A stretch of 64,000 nucleotides of DNA from a virus, in IMG/VR virus record IMGVR_UViG_3300045988_066445, positions 1 through 64,000 of that record. One strand, 5' to 3'. Positions within the stretch are counted from its first letter, which is position 1; each line of letters begins with the position of its first letter. The notes beneath the pieces are model-generated. The model was not told the origin of the DNA. It did not search any database and was given only the letters and a program-made list of their open reading frames with translations. Both the position numbers and the translations under genes were made by a program. Of this stretch, positions 24,767 through 34,884 are shown one piece after another.

Positions 24767-25229
24767 GTTCTGGGTTGCATACTATTGCTTCCAATTAGGA
24801 CTATACAGGCAGGGCATTTTGCACGATTTATCTAAGTTCGGATGGTATGAATTTTCTCGCTCTGTTAAATTTTACGATGATAACACATCTCCATTAAATA
24901 AGGAGAAAGAAATTCTGGGCTATTCTAGGTCCTATTTACATCATAGAGGAAGAAATCCACATCATTATGAATATTGGGTAACTCAATTAGATTCTGGTGG
25001 AGTCCCAGTGAAAATCCCTAGAGAATATGCATTAGAGTTAGTGTGTGATTATTTAGCCGCTGGTAAGGTATATAATGGAAATAGTTTCCAAGGAGAGTAC
25101 AACTGGTGGATTAAATATATTAGCGCTCCTAGAGCGATTCATCCAGAGACAAAAGAGTTTATTACTCAATGTTTTAAGAACTTAGCTGTCGGTAAAAACA
25201 TGAAGAGTTTATTAACAATCAGTTATTAA
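24723..25229 (+). CDS. hypothetical protein
   Basis: 168-aa ORF, His/Tyr-rich. Confidence 0.4.
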   Translation: MIRILKHLRRILRHKFWVAYYCFQLGLYRQGILHDLSKFGWYEFSRSVKFYDDNTSPLNKEKEILGYSRSYLHHRGRNPHHYEYWVTQLDSGGVPVKIPREYALELVCDYLAAGKVYNGNSFQGEYNWWIKYISAPRAIHPETKEFITQCFKNLAVGKNMKSLLTISY

Positions 25230-25242
25230 AATAATTTTTAGA

Positions 25243-26931
25243 ATGGAAATAATTAATGCAACAGATGGTTACAAATTAGGCCATCACAGGATGTACCCAG
25301 AAGGTACTGAACAAGTTTATAGTAACTGGACTCCGAGAAGTAACAAGTACTTTCCAGAAGCTACCGAAGGTTCTGTAGTATTCGGAATCCAATATTTAAT
25401 TAAAAAGTATTTGATCGACGAATTTAATAAGAATTTCTTTGTATTGCCTAAAGAGAAAGCTATAGAAATGTTTTATCGGAGAGTCCACAACTTCGTTGGA
25501 ATTGAGTCCGTGGGATATAGACATATTGAGGCTTTGTATGATTTAGGATATCTCCCTATTCGTATTAAAGCGTTGCCAGAAGGTTCAGTATGTCCTATTA
25601 GAGTTCCTATGATGACTATTACTAATACGAAACCAGAGTTCTTTTGGTTAACTAATTATCTAGAGACTTTGATTAGTTGTACTTTGTGGATGCCTTGTAC
25701 CTCTGCCACTAGAGCAAGACTCTATAAGAAAGAACTCAAAAGACACTCAGTACACACTGGATTTCCGGAGGATGTAAACCTGGATTTCTTGTGTCATGAC
25801 TTCTCTATGAGAGGAATGGCTGGTTTGGAAGCATCTGTTATTTCTGGTATGGCTCATATGACTTCATTTGTAGGAAGTGAAACTATTCCTGCTATTGCAG
25901 CTCTTGAAGAGTATTATGGAGCTAATTCGGATAGTGAATTAATTGCTGCTACTGTTCCGGCTACTGAACATTCGGTAATGTGTGCAGGAGGAGAAGAGGA
26001 TGAGTTAGGAACATATAAACGTCTTATTAATGAGTTATATCCTACTGGGTTTGTTTCTATAGTGTCCGATACTTGGGATTTCTGGAATGTTGTTGAAAAC
26101 TTCCTTCCTAAGTTGAAGAAAGACATTATGGCTCGTGACGGTCGTGTAGTTATTCGTCCCGATAGTGGAGACCCGGTAGATATTATTTGTGGTCTGAGAA
26201 CTAATCCTCATTTCAATACAAGAATAAAGGAAGGTAAATACTACTGCTGTTATGCTCCGTTTAATGACGATGCAGAGTATGTAGAAGTGTCAGAAGGTCA
26301 ATACTACGGAGCGTACTATATGCTTGGTAAGATATTCGGCTGGAATACTACTTCCAAGGACTATCGTTATCCGAGTACTAAGATAGGCTTGTTATATGGC
26401 GATTCTATTACTTTGGAGCGTCAGAAACAAATCTACATGAGACTTGAAAATGCTCATATGGCTGCTTGCAACCTTGTTCTTGGTGTTGGTTCATTCTCAT
26501 ATCAGTATGCAAGTAGAGATAGTCTAGGCTTTGCAGTTAAGGCTACTGCTTGTGTAATCAATGGAGAATTGAAGGAAATCTTTAAACATCCGAAAACTGA
26601 TGATGGGACTAAGAACTCTTTGAAAGGGTTAATTGCCGTTTATCAGGATGTCAACGGTGTCTACTACGCGGAAGACCAAGTAAGTCCTGAAGTAGAAGAG
26701 GGAGGCTGTTTATGCAACGAATGCGGTTATGAGGCTGGAGACCCAGATTGCACTGGGTGTTTATATTCTTGGAACAAGGATAATGTAAATAAGTTTAGTG
26801 TCCCGTGTATAAACCAATATACTTATTGTGCTATCTATATTGCTGAAAGTCTAGATGAACTATATGAAGCTATACAGAACAGAGCAGACTTCATCGAAAA
26901 TCTTATTAAAGAAATAGAAAATGATAATTGA
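25243..26931 (+). CDS. nadV: nicotinamide phosphoribosyltransferase (NAMPT / NadV-like)
   Basis: N-terminus MEIINATDGYKLGHHRMYPEGT and overall length and layout match phage/bacterial NadV-type NAMPT. Confidence 0.75.
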   Translation: MEIINATDGYKLGHHRMYPEGTEQVYSNWTPRSNKYFPEATEGSVVFGIQYLIKKYLIDEFNKNFFVLPKEKAIEMFYRRVHNFVGIESVGYRHIEALYDLGYLPIRIKALPEGSVCPIRVPMMTITNTKPEFFWLTNYLETLISCTLWMPCTSATRARLYKKELKRHSVHTGFPEDVNLDFLCHDFSMRGMAGLEASVISGMAHMTSFVGSETIPAIAALEEYYGANSDSELIAATVPATEHSVMCAGGEEDELGTYKRLINELYPTGFVSIVSDTWDFWNVVENFLPKLKKDIMARDGRVVIRPDSGDPVDIICGLRTNPHFNTRIKEGKYYCCYAPFNDDAEYVEVSEGQYYGAYYMLGKIFGWNTTSKDYRYPSTKIGLLYGDSITLERQKQIYMRLENAHMAACNLVLGVGSFSYQYASRDSLGFAVKATACVINGELKEIFKHPKTDDGTKNSLKGLIAVYQDVNGVYYAEDQVSPEVEEGGCLCNECGYEAGDPDCTGCLYSWNKDNVNKFSVPCINQYTYCAIYIAESLDELYEAIQNRADFIENLIKEIENDN

Positions 26932-27220
26932 AGGCTCCTTTTATAGGCTAACCCCTATCAATGATGCTTCTCCTCGTTTCGACTTGGAGCTGCTATATGA
27001 TATTGGAGGGAAAAATCCGAGAAAAGAATTTAAAGTGGAAGGCTATGGCTATTCACTAGAGGCTGCTGTAGAACGTTGTATAAACTACGCAACTAGAAAG
27101 AAATTCGGAAAAGATGAAATTATAACTTTAGGTCAGTACTTAGATGAGTTTAAAAAGGCAAAAGAAGAGATTAAACTCGAAATCACCGGAAGTGCAGGAG
27201 ATTCTAGCGGAAAGGCTTAA
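26921..27220 (+). CDS. hypothetical protein
   Basis: 99-aa ORF. Confidence 0.35.
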   Translation: MIIEGSFYRLTPINDASPRFDLELLYDIGGKNPRKEFKVEGYGYSLEAAVERCINYATRKKFGKDEIITLGQYLDEFKKAKEEIKLEITGSAGDSSGKA

Positions 27221-27617
27221 TAAGCTTTGTAAGTTTCTGGATGAGGAGTATGACATTAATGCTGGAGGCTGTTGTTATATAGCATATTGTTTAGCTAGGC
27301 TACTTAGTAGAGATAAATTTAAATTCAAAGTTATAATCTATGAAGATTATTTTCTTGGAAACAGATTTAGTGAAATAATAGGTAGTCATTGGCATTATGC
27401 TATAGGCATAGGGGAATATACAATAAACTCTTGTGACTGTGAGGACGATAGTAGCTTCTGCAAAAATGTTTATACAGGAGTAAAAGCCTCTGAACTTTTA
27501 ACTCATTATCAGAGTAGAAGCTGGAACGATTGCTATAATTCAAGAAAAAATTCATTTATTTTCAAAACTATTAAAGTGTTTTACAATGACCTTACGGAAG
27601 ACTTACGAGAAGGATAA
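27144..27617 (+). CDS. hypothetical Cys-rich protein (N-terminus overlaps previous ORF by 76 nt; true start may be the in-frame GTG near 27192)
   Basis: ORF in the +1 frame relative to 26921..27220. Has CC and CDCEDD Cys clusters. Confidence 0.3.
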   Translation: MSLKRQKKRLNSKSPEVQEILAERLNKLCKFLDEEYDINAGGCCYIAYCLARLLSRDKFKFKVIIYEDYFLGNRFSEIIGSHWHYAIGIGEYTINSCDCEDDSSFCKNVYTGVKASELLTHYQSRSWNDCYNSRKNSFIFKTIKVFYNDLTEDLREG

Positions 27618-27867
27618 GCAAATTGTATATACACATGATAAGTTTATCTATTGTAGTTCGATTTATCAAATTTGGAGTTGGGGAGCGGCTCTAATGGAGG
27701 AGAAATACTTTTCTTCTAGTAAACCGATTACTATAAAAAAGAAAAATCTTTCTGTAAAGAAAAAGAATTATTCACTAAGAAGGTTCTTTGAATTACAGTT
27801 TGCTCCAGAAGAATATCTAATTAATAACGGTTTTAAAATTGTAGAAAATGAAACAGGATGTGATTGA
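27586..27867 (+). CDS. hypothetical protein
   Basis: 93-aa ORF. Confidence 0.3.
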   Translation: MTLRKTYEKDKQIVYTHDKFIYCSSIYQIWSWGAALMEEKYFSSSKPITIKKKNLSVKKKNYSLRRFFELQFAPEEYLINNGFKIVENETGCD

Positions 27868-28435
27868 GTACATGATTGACTCATTTGTAGATTTCAAGGG
27901 TAAGGAACATAAGATTGTAGCGTGTGCTCTGAGTCAGTCTCCAGAAGAAAGTGAAGATGACTACAAACTTTCAGTTGGATGGGCAAGTGAAGACGGCTAT
28001 ATTTGCGTAGACGATCCTGACTATGCAGAAGTTTGCAGAGTAGTATCTGTAGGTATCAGTGTATGTCACCCAACTGACGAGTTTGATAAGGAGAGAGGAA
28101 AAGCTAACGCCTATAATAAGGCTTTACATGATCCTAAGTGTCCTACTATCTACACTAAGTCTAGAGGTGTAATTAACAAGACTCTGGTTAAGGCATTCTT
28201 GAAACAAGAAATAGGGTTTATTAAAGAAAACCCTGAACGAATCATCAAAGGATATAACCAGATGAAAGCCCGCTTTGATAAAAAAGAAGCAGTCAAGAAA
28301 GAAATAGAGGATTTGAACGGTTCTGAAAAAGAAATATTCAATGCTGCTAAAAGCGGAAGCGTAGATGTTGCTAAATGCGTCGAGCTTGTAGAGAAGGCTA
28401 AGGCGATGGGCATTGAGTTAAATGAACAAGGTTAA
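27848..28435 (+). CDS. hypothetical protein
   Basis: 195-aa ORF. Confidence 0.4.
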   Translation: MKQDVIEYMIDSFVDFKGKEHKIVACALSQSPEESEDDYKLSVGWASEDGYICVDDPDYAEVCRVVSVGISVCHPTDEFDKERGKANAYNKALHDPKCPTIYTKSRGVINKTLVKAFLKQEIGFIKENPERIIKGYNQMKARFDKKEAVKKEIEDLNGSEKEIFNAAKSGSVDVAKCVELVEKAKAMGIELNEQG

Positions 28436-28745
28436 GCTCTGTTATATTACAATCATACTAATGGGATTATTAATTATATACTTACTATCTTCTAGGAGGG
28501 ACCACATTGACTTACCTATAGTAGACGTGCAAGAAATTGTACGAGATTCTATTATTAGAGATAGTATCTTTATAGTTAATGATTCTATTGTAAAGGAGAT
28601 TGAATATATAGACAAGAAGTATGATGAGAAAGTATCTACTATTATGTCTAGTTCTGATAGCGTCAATTTGTGCTTCTTCTCAGAATACATCGACCGTTAC
28701 AATAACGGGAGAACAGCTAAAGACGGCGAACCTGATATTCGCTGA
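28422..28745 (+). CDS. membrane-anchored hypothetical protein
   Basis: N-terminal TM helix. Confidence 0.35.
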   Translation: MNKVKLCYITIILMGLLIIYLLSSRRDHIDLPIVDVQEIVRDSIIRDSIFIVNDSIVKEIEYIDKKYDEKVSTIMSSSDSVNLCFFSEYIDRYNNGRTAKDGEPDIR

Positions 28746-28995
28746 ACATCAGAAACTTTCTGAGACTGTTCCGTTATTGAAAACCAAAATAACTAATCTG
28801 GAACTAATAAATAAGAGTTGGGAAAGGACGGATTCTGTTCGCAGAGTTCAGTTACTATATTATGGAAACATAATCGAAGATAAAAATAGATCTATTGAAG
28901 GTCTTAATAAGTCTTTAAAGAGAAAGCAGAACGTTATAAAATACGGAGCTGCTGGTTCATGTGTATTAATATTGTTATGCCTATTACTGAAATAA
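28621..28995 (+). CDS. hypothetical protein with signal peptide and C-terminal TM
   Basis: N-terminal signal plus C-terminal hydrophobic tail. Confidence 0.35.
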   Translation: MMRKYLLLCLVLIASICASSQNTSTVTITGEQLKTANLIFAEHQKLSETVPLLKTKITNLELINKSWERTDSVRRVQLLYYGNIIEDKNRSIEGLNKSLKRKQNVIKYGAAGSCVLILLCLLLK

Positions 28996-29168
28996 TGTTT
29001 AAGGACAAAGATGGTTTTCACTATAAACATCCTGAACGCAGTTGTACTAGGTGTAAGAATTATCCATGTCTCCAGAATATGGATAAGCTCCAAGGAGATT
29101 TTGCATCCTATGGTTGCAAGATGTTTGAGGATATTAATACATTCGATGTGTGGAAACCAAAGAAGTAA
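28959..29168 (+). CDS. small Cys-containing protein
   Basis: 69-aa ORF with CTRCKNYPC. Confidence 0.3.
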   Translation: MCINIVMPITEIMFKDKDGFHYKHPERSCTRCKNYPCLQNMDKLQGDFASYGCKMFEDINTFDVWKPKK

Positions 29169-29473
29169 CTTACCATGTAAAATTTGTTGCTAAAAATGAG
29201 GACGGGATGGGCTATGCTAGTTATGTTTTTGAAAGGTTTGAATACGATAATCTGGATTATAAAGATATAATGTGTGTAAGGTTCCCAAACTGGAATCAGT
29301 GTTCTATGGAATTAGGAGATGTCGGATACGTTACTGTGAGGTATGTAGAAGAAGGCATCGATAAGTGGTACGATGGTAAAGATTTTGTTCCATATAAAGA
29401 AACGAATATAATTTTCCTGAAGTTTATTCACGAAAAGCCGTTGATTGAAAATGGGCAAATATTATTAGATTAA
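29150..29473 (+). CDS. hypothetical protein
   Basis: 107-aa ORF. Confidence 0.35.
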   Translation: METKEVTYHVKFVAKNEDGMGYASYVFERFEYDNLDYKDIMCVRFPNWNQCSMELGDVGYVTVRYVEEGIDKWYDGKDFVPYKETNIIFLKFIHEKPLIENGQILLD

Positions 29474-29517
29474 CATTAAAATAAGATGAATTATGGAATA
29501 TTATTAAAGAATAATTT

Positions 29518-30381
29518 ATGACTGTATTAGGAGATAAGCTGAAAGAAGCTTTAAATGATAAAGCAAACGACATCAATAGTTACGTATGGAAAGGTCCTAA
29601 AGTAAACGGGGTCCAGGAAGAGGTAAAACTAGTAGACGCTGATTATGACCAATTGAGACGGTTTTATAACCATTGTGAACAAATGCTATACAATTCTGAT
29701 ACTAAGAATCCGGGTCGTATAACATTGTTGGGCATAGTGTCTGACCAAATTCAGAGATGTCGTGCTGAGCTTCTTATTAGATGGCTTAGAGCTGAAAAAC
29801 AATATACCAATACTCGCTGTTTGGAAGACTTGAAGGCTATTATCCAGAACAATAAAGAGGTGTTAACTAATGAAACCATTAAAACTTATCCCATTGGGGA
29901 TATTATTAATGGTATTCCAGTAGAATTTAGAGAAGTGTCAGTAAGTTTAGTTATGGATGCTTGTCTTGATTCTCTGGGACTATTCGACAATTCTCACTTA
30001 ACGCTTAACTTTATTGTTAAGATGGGTTTGTGGTTTACCCAGCAAGAGATGCAAAAAGATTTGTATCGTAAAGACCCAATAACAGGAAAAGCTGTCAACA
30101 GACTGGAAGTAGTAAGTAAGGAACTTCGTTTGAATCCTTCTATAGCTTTAAAAATCTGTGATACTGGATTAAGTTATGCTGAATTTAGATCTATGTGTAG
30201 ACTGAAAAGAGATAAATACGCTAACTTAACTAGTGATCAACTAAGACTGTTATCTAACAAAGTCTTGTATCGCTTCCAGAATCAGTGCGAAAACCAGGCT
30301 AAACAGTGGAAGGACAAGATGGAGGAAATCAAAAAAGTTGCAGAACTTAAAGGATGGGGCATCACTAGGAACATAGATTGA
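29518..30381 (+). CDS. hypothetical protein (upstream of helicase, ATGA-coupled)
   Basis: 287-aa ORF. Confidence 0.45.
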   Translation: MTVLGDKLKEALNDKANDINSYVWKGPKVNGVQEEVKLVDADYDQLRRFYNHCEQMLYNSDTKNPGRITLLGIVSDQIQRCRAELLIRWLRAEKQYTNTRCLEDLKAIIQNNKEVLTNETIKTYPIGDIINGIPVEFREVSVSLVMDACLDSLGLFDNSHLTLNFIVKMGLWFTQQEMQKDLYRKDPITGKAVNRLEVVSKELRLNPSIALKICDTGLSYAEFRSMCRLKRDKYANLTSDQLRLLSNKVLYRFQNQCENQAKQWKDKMEEIKKVAELKGWGITRNID

Positions 30382-31655
30382 TGAAAGATCTCTTTACTCC
30401 TGTTACTCGTGATGAGCGGCAGGAGCAATGTAAGAGAGCCTGGTTATTACATAAGGGAAAAGGAACCATAGAAGCATGTACCGGTTTTGGAAAGACTCGA
30501 TGTGCAATCAATTGCCTAAAAGCTGTTCTATCCAAGTATCCTACTATTAGAGCACTAGTGGTAGTTCCCACTGAGCTTTTGAAAAACCAGTGGATAGATA
30601 TATTAGACAAGGAAGGGCTTGGTCTTAATACAGAAGTACAGGTTGTGAATACTACAGCTAAGAACGGATATGAGTGTGACTTTCTAATCATTGATGAGAT
30701 TCACAGGACCGCTGCTGAAACTTTACAGTTTGTATTCAGTAAGGTAAAGTACAAGCTAATTCTTGGATTAACTGCTACATTAGAAAGACTAGATGGTAGA
30801 CATACTATTGTCGAAAAATACTGTCCAGTTGTTGATAGTGTTAGTATTGAGGTAGCTAAAGCAAGCGGTTGGGTATCGGACTTTACAGAATATCAAGTAA
30901 TTATTACTGCGGAAGACATAGAAAACTACCGAGAGCAAAATAGGGAATTTATAAAACATTTTGAATTCTTTAACTTTGATTTTGGACTCGCAATGAGTAT
31001 GGTTGGTAAAGACGGCCTCAGAAATAGGCTAAATTATAGAACTCAAATCTGTAATAGTTTAGATAAAACTGAGCTGTCTAATGCTTTGAAGCAGATTACT
31101 TATCATTCTACAGCTTTTATGAGAGCCCTACAAGCTCGGAAGAAATTCATTCATAATCATCCAGCTAAGTTAGAAGTAGCTAGAGAGATTATTGCTCACC
31201 GTACAGACAAGAAAATAATTACCTTTTCAGCTAACACTGCTATGGCAGAGAAAATTGGGATAGGATATGTCTATACTGGTAAAGAGAGCAAGAAACAGAA
31301 TAGAATTACTCTTGAAGAGTTTGCGCTTTTGGATAGTGGAGTTATTAATAGTTGTAAATTAGCTATTGAAGGATTTGACTGTCCTGGCCTGTCAGTTGGT
31401 ATAATGCTAGGAGTAGATTCTAGTAGTACTAAAAGCACCCAAGCTGCTGGCAGGGTTATAAGAAAGGAAGGTTCTAAATACTCTGAAATATTCACATTAG
31501 TGCTGGAAGACACCGTTGAACAAGAATGGTTTAAGAAATCACATCAGAAAGGTAACTATGTTACTATTGATGTTGAAAACTTACGAAAGTTACTTAATGG
31601 AGAGCCTTGGGAACCCTACAAGAAAAAATTGCAGAATTTTACCTATCGTTTTTAA
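30378..31655 (+). CDS. SF2 DEAD/DEAH-box helicase (UvsW/RecG-like candidate)
   Basis: Walker A CTGFGKTRCAI, motif II LIIDEIHR, C-terminal helicase domain with QAAGRVIR (motif VI). Confidence 0.65.
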   Translation: MMKDLFTPVTRDERQEQCKRAWLLHKGKGTIEACTGFGKTRCAINCLKAVLSKYPTIRALVVVPTELLKNQWIDILDKEGLGLNTEVQVVNTTAKNGYECDFLIIDEIHRTAAETLQFVFSKVKYKLILGLTATLERLDGRHTIVEKYCPVVDSVSIEVAKASGWVSDFTEYQVIITAEDIENYREQNREFIKHFEFFNFDFGLAMSMVGKDGLRNRLNYRTQICNSLDKTELSNALKQITYHSTAFMRALQARKKFIHNHPAKLEVAREIIAHRTDKKIITFSANTAMAEKIGIGYVYTGKESKKQNRITLEEFALLDSGVINSCKLAIEGFDCPGLSVGIMLGVDSSSTKSTQAAGRVIRKEGSKYSEIFTLVLEDTVEQEWFKKSHQKGNYVTIDVENLRKLLNGEPWEPYKKKLQNFTYRF

Positions 31656-31657
31656 TT

Positions 31658-31825
31658 ATGGAAACTTATTACACTAAAAAAGAGTTTAATGAGATGAAGT
31701 CTGCTTTGACTAAGAAGTGCAAAGCATTGGAAACTAAAGTTAGTAAGCTTACCGCTGAATTGAAGGAATTAAAGAAGGACTATGCAGTACTTCTTGAAAC
31801 TGCCAGCGAAAAAGTTGAGGACTAA
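31658..31825 (+). CDS. small coiled-coil protein
   Basis: Met at 31658 immediately after the helicase stop. Confidence 0.3.
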   Translation: METYYTKKEFNEMKSALTKKCKALETKVSKLTAELKELKKDYAVLLETASEKVED

Positions 31826-31912
31826 AGTTTATCACGTAACCAAGTTTTAACGCTTTAACAAGTAAACTAGACTTGGTGTATAGATTAGTAGAAAATCTAT
31901 TAATTTGTACAC
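31826..31912 (+). promoter_or_regulatory. intergenic region with inverted repeats preceding the replication module
   Basis: AACCAAGT/ACTTGGT inverted repeat and TAGAT-N10-ATCTA hairpin, then TTG...TTGAACTG. One of the few gaps of 80 nt or more between genes. Confidence 0.3.
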
Positions 31913-32518
31913 GTGAAAAATCTTGAACTGAAACAGCAACTTTTGTTTTGTGAAAAATATAGCATAAACCCAAGTGAGCTGTTGTTGTTAGAAATTCTTC
32001 TTATCGCCCAAGAGGGTGATGAACCCGAAATTGTCCACGAGTATTTCTCTTCTAGAGTATGCGCTCGTGGTTTTACAATAGAACTATTAACTGGACTTCG
32101 CGATGCTGGAGTTATTCATAAATCCTATAAGATTCCTGAGAAAGGGTCTGTATTTAACCCACTAGATGTTCCTCTAAATAAGTTAGTTGTGAAAGACTTT
32201 TATAAGTGTTCATTCGACTTAGGTAAGGAATTGTGGGATACTTATCCATTATTTGGAATAGTTAATAATACACAAGTGGGTCTGAAAAGCGTATCTAAGA
32301 AATTTGATACAATTGAAGACTTCTATAGGTTTTATGGTAAAACTATCAGATGGAAGCCAGAAACTCATAACCATATTATAGAGTTAGTTAAGTGGGCTAA
32401 TGAACACAATATATTGTGTACCACAATAGCTAATTTTGTAATAGACCATAAGTGGGAAGAACTAGAGGCATTAAAGAATGAAGGCGGAGTTAATTATGAT
32501 TCTATGAGATTACTATGA
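31913..32518 (+). CDS. hypothetical protein
   Basis: 201-aa ORF. First gene after the intergenic gap. Confidence 0.45.
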   Translation: MKNLELKQQLLFCEKYSINPSELLLLEILLIAQEGDEPEIVHEYFSSRVCARGFTIELLTGLRDAGVIHKSYKIPEKGSVFNPLDVPLNKLVVKDFYKCSFDLGKELWDTYPLFGIVNNTQVGLKSVSKKFDTIEDFYRFYGKTIRWKPETHNHIIELVKWANEHNILCTTIANFVIDHKWEELEALKNEGGVNYDSMRLL

Positions 32519-33609
32519 TTTCTGATAAACTTCTCAATGAAATTGATAGAGGTAGACAGGGACTAAATCATGGTATTTCTATGAAACTTCCTAAGCTAGA
32601 GAGTATTATTGATGGAGTTACTAGGGAAACCTATACTTTAATTCTATCAAACTCTGGTGCAGGTAAGACTTCGTTTGCCTTATATGCTTATGTATATCGA
32701 CCACTAATGGAACATCTTGATGATGATGATTTTAAGGTATTATATTTCAGTCTTGAAATGGGAGAAGTAGCTTTGTATATTAAGCTGTTATCCATATATA
32801 TATTTGAGACCTATGGAATCCAACTATCTTTTAAGAAGATATTGTCAAGAGAAAAAGAATATATTTTATCTGATGAGCATTATGACTTAGTTAAGCAATG
32901 TATGCCTTGGATAGATAAGATTAGTAAGAAGTTAGAAATCTATGACAAGAAGGTAACTCCGAAGAAGGTATATGCCATCTTGAAAACTAGGTTGGAGGAA
33001 ATGGGAACCTTTTCTGAAAGCGAAACCCGCCTCGTCTATACTCCAAATAATCCTAATCTTATTTATAATGTAGTTGTAGACCATATTGGTCTTGTTGGTA
33101 CAAAGCCTGATATTGATTTGTTGTCTAGCTATCTTCTTTTTCTTAGAGATAAGTGTTTTATTAGTCCTGTAGTAATACAGCAAGCTAATAGAGAGCAAGG
33201 AAATATTGAGAGGTTTAAACAAGGCAAAAGTGCGTTTACTATTCACGATGCTAAGGATTCAGGTAATACTGTGCAAGATTGTAATATCATGATTGCATTG
33301 TATAATCCTCACAGAGATGGATTGAAGACTTATAAACATTACAATATTGAGTATCTAGGCTCTTATTATAGGAGTATTATGGTACTTAAGAACCGATATG
33401 GGGATTGCGATGTTGAGGTTGGAGTAAACTTCTTTGGATGGATTAATATGTTCTACGAGCTGCCGAAGCCCGATGAAATTTATGATTATGAGAGATATAC
33501 AAGTCCAAACTATATATTAGAAGATAATAGTTCTATTGTAGAACAGGAGCTAGATGATATTACAGAATTAGATAATTCAAATTCGAATTTTAATTTTGCA
33601 TTAGAATAA
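32515..33609 (+). CDS. DnaB-family replicative helicase (RecA-like C-terminal domain)
   Basis: Walker A SNSGAGKTSFAL, DnaB signature FSLEMGEVALYIKLLS, Walker B VVDHIGLV. Confidence 0.65.
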   Translation: MISDKLLNEIDRGRQGLNHGISMKLPKLESIIDGVTRETYTLILSNSGAGKTSFALYAYVYRPLMEHLDDDDFKVLYFSLEMGEVALYIKLLSIYIFETYGIQLSFKKILSREKEYILSDEHYDLVKQCMPWIDKISKKLEIYDKKVTPKKVYAILKTRLEEMGTFSESETRLVYTPNNPNLIYNVVVDHIGLVGTKPDIDLLSSYLLFLRDKCFISPVVIQQANREQGNIERFKQGKSAFTIHDAKDSGNTVQDCNIMIALYNPHRDGLKTYKHYNIEYLGSYYRSIMVLKNRYGDCDVEVGVNFFGWINMFYELPKPDEIYDYERYTSPNYILEDNSSIVEQELDDITELDNSNSNFNFALE

Positions 33610-34304
33610 TGGCTGCTGAAACAATTGCTATCGTAGGTGAATCAGGTACTGGAAAAAGTACAAGTTTAAGAAATCTTAATCCCGAAACTACTTTTATTAT
33701 AAGTACTACGGGTAAACCCCTTCCCTTCCGTGCATGGAAGAAGAAGTATATTCCCATCAAAATCGAAGGAAAGAACGTGAGTGGTAACTACTATGTAAGT
33801 TCAAAGTGGGACCAAATACTGAAAATTCTTCAAATTATTGATAAGATGATGCCGCACATTAAGCAGGTAATCATTGATGACTTCCAATATGTTCTCTCTT
33901 ATGAGTTCGTTGATAGAGCAACTGAAGTTGGTTATACTAAGTTTAGTGAATTAGCTCAACACGCTATGGAAATTCTGAGATATTCAGAAAAGATGAGAGA
34001 AGATTGTAAAATGATTTTCTTGACTCACTCAGAGAACGTTGGAGACAACGTAAATCCTAAGTTTGTTATCAAGACTGTTGGAAAGTTGTTGTCTGAGAAA
34101 GTAACCTTGGAAGGTCTATTTACCTATATCTTCTTTACTAAAGTAAGCGAAGGAGATTCTGGCAGAATGGAATATAAGTTAATCACTAATAATGATGGTA
34201 CTTGTGTTGCTAAGACATCCTTTGGTATGTTCGAGGATTTAGAGATTGACAATGATTTGGACAAGATTATTGATGTTATTGACGACTATAATGAAGGGGA
34301 ATAA
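33609..34304 (+). CDS. AAA/RecA-like ATPase (Sak4-like phage recombination ATPase candidate)
   Basis: Walker A IVGESGTGKST near the N-terminus, Walker B VIIDDFQY. Confidence 0.5.
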   Translation: MAAETIAIVGESGTGKSTSLRNLNPETTFIISTTGKPLPFRAWKKKYIPIKIEGKNVSGNYYVSSKWDQILKILQIIDKMMPHIKQVIIDDFQYVLSYEFVDRATEVGYTKFSELAQHAMEILRYSEKMREDCKMIFLTHSENVGDNVNPKFVIKTVGKLLSEKVTLEGLFTYIFFTKVSEGDSGRMEYKLITNNDGTCVAKTSFGMFEDLEIDNDLDKIIDVIDDYNEGE

Positions 34305-34882
34305 TGAAATTAGACATACTGTTTCACTACGAGGTGAATGAGCAAACTGGTGAAATCACCTATATTGGGAAAGAAGAAATTTCTGTTGACACTAAGGCAA
34401 CAAAGACTACTAAAACATCTACTAAGGCTTCTACGGCTAAGGTAGATGCTAATCCAGATCCTATTATTACGCTTGATTCCAACAAGTTAATATTAACTCA
34501 GGGAGCTGTAGACCTGTTACAGGTTTGTGCAGATTGTCGAGTAGACATCAAGTATAAGAAGAAGGATAAGAAAGCAGTTCCTATTATTGGAACTGATGCC
34601 GCTTTTGGAACTAAAAGTGGAAACAAGTTAACAAAGAGTAATACTGTAAGTTATAGGGGTGCAGCTAATGAAAAGCTCTCAGCTTATGGTACTACCTTTA
34701 AACTAGAGCCTACAGAGGATAAAGGAATTTATTATCTAGTAGGAGATAAGGTACAAGAAGAAAACTCTGTACCTGATGAGATAATTGATATCGAGAATGA
34801 ACTCGATATAGAATCATTAGATAATATAAACATAGACGAAGATGACAAAGACTTAGAAAAATTTGATTTTAATTTGAATTAA
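34304..34882 (+). CDS. hypothetical protein with acidic C-terminus
   Basis: 192-aa ORF with ATGA overlap. Confidence 0.4.
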   Translation: MKLDILFHYEVNEQTGEITYIGKEEISVDTKATKTTKTSTKASTAKVDANPDPIITLDSNKLILTQGAVDLLQVCADCRVDIKYKKKDKKAVPIIGTDAAFGTKSGNKLTKSNTVSYRGAANEKLSAYGTTFKLEPTEDKGIYYLVGDKVQEENSVPDEIIDIENELDIESLDNINIDEDDKDLEKFDFNLN

Positions 34883-34884
34883 TT

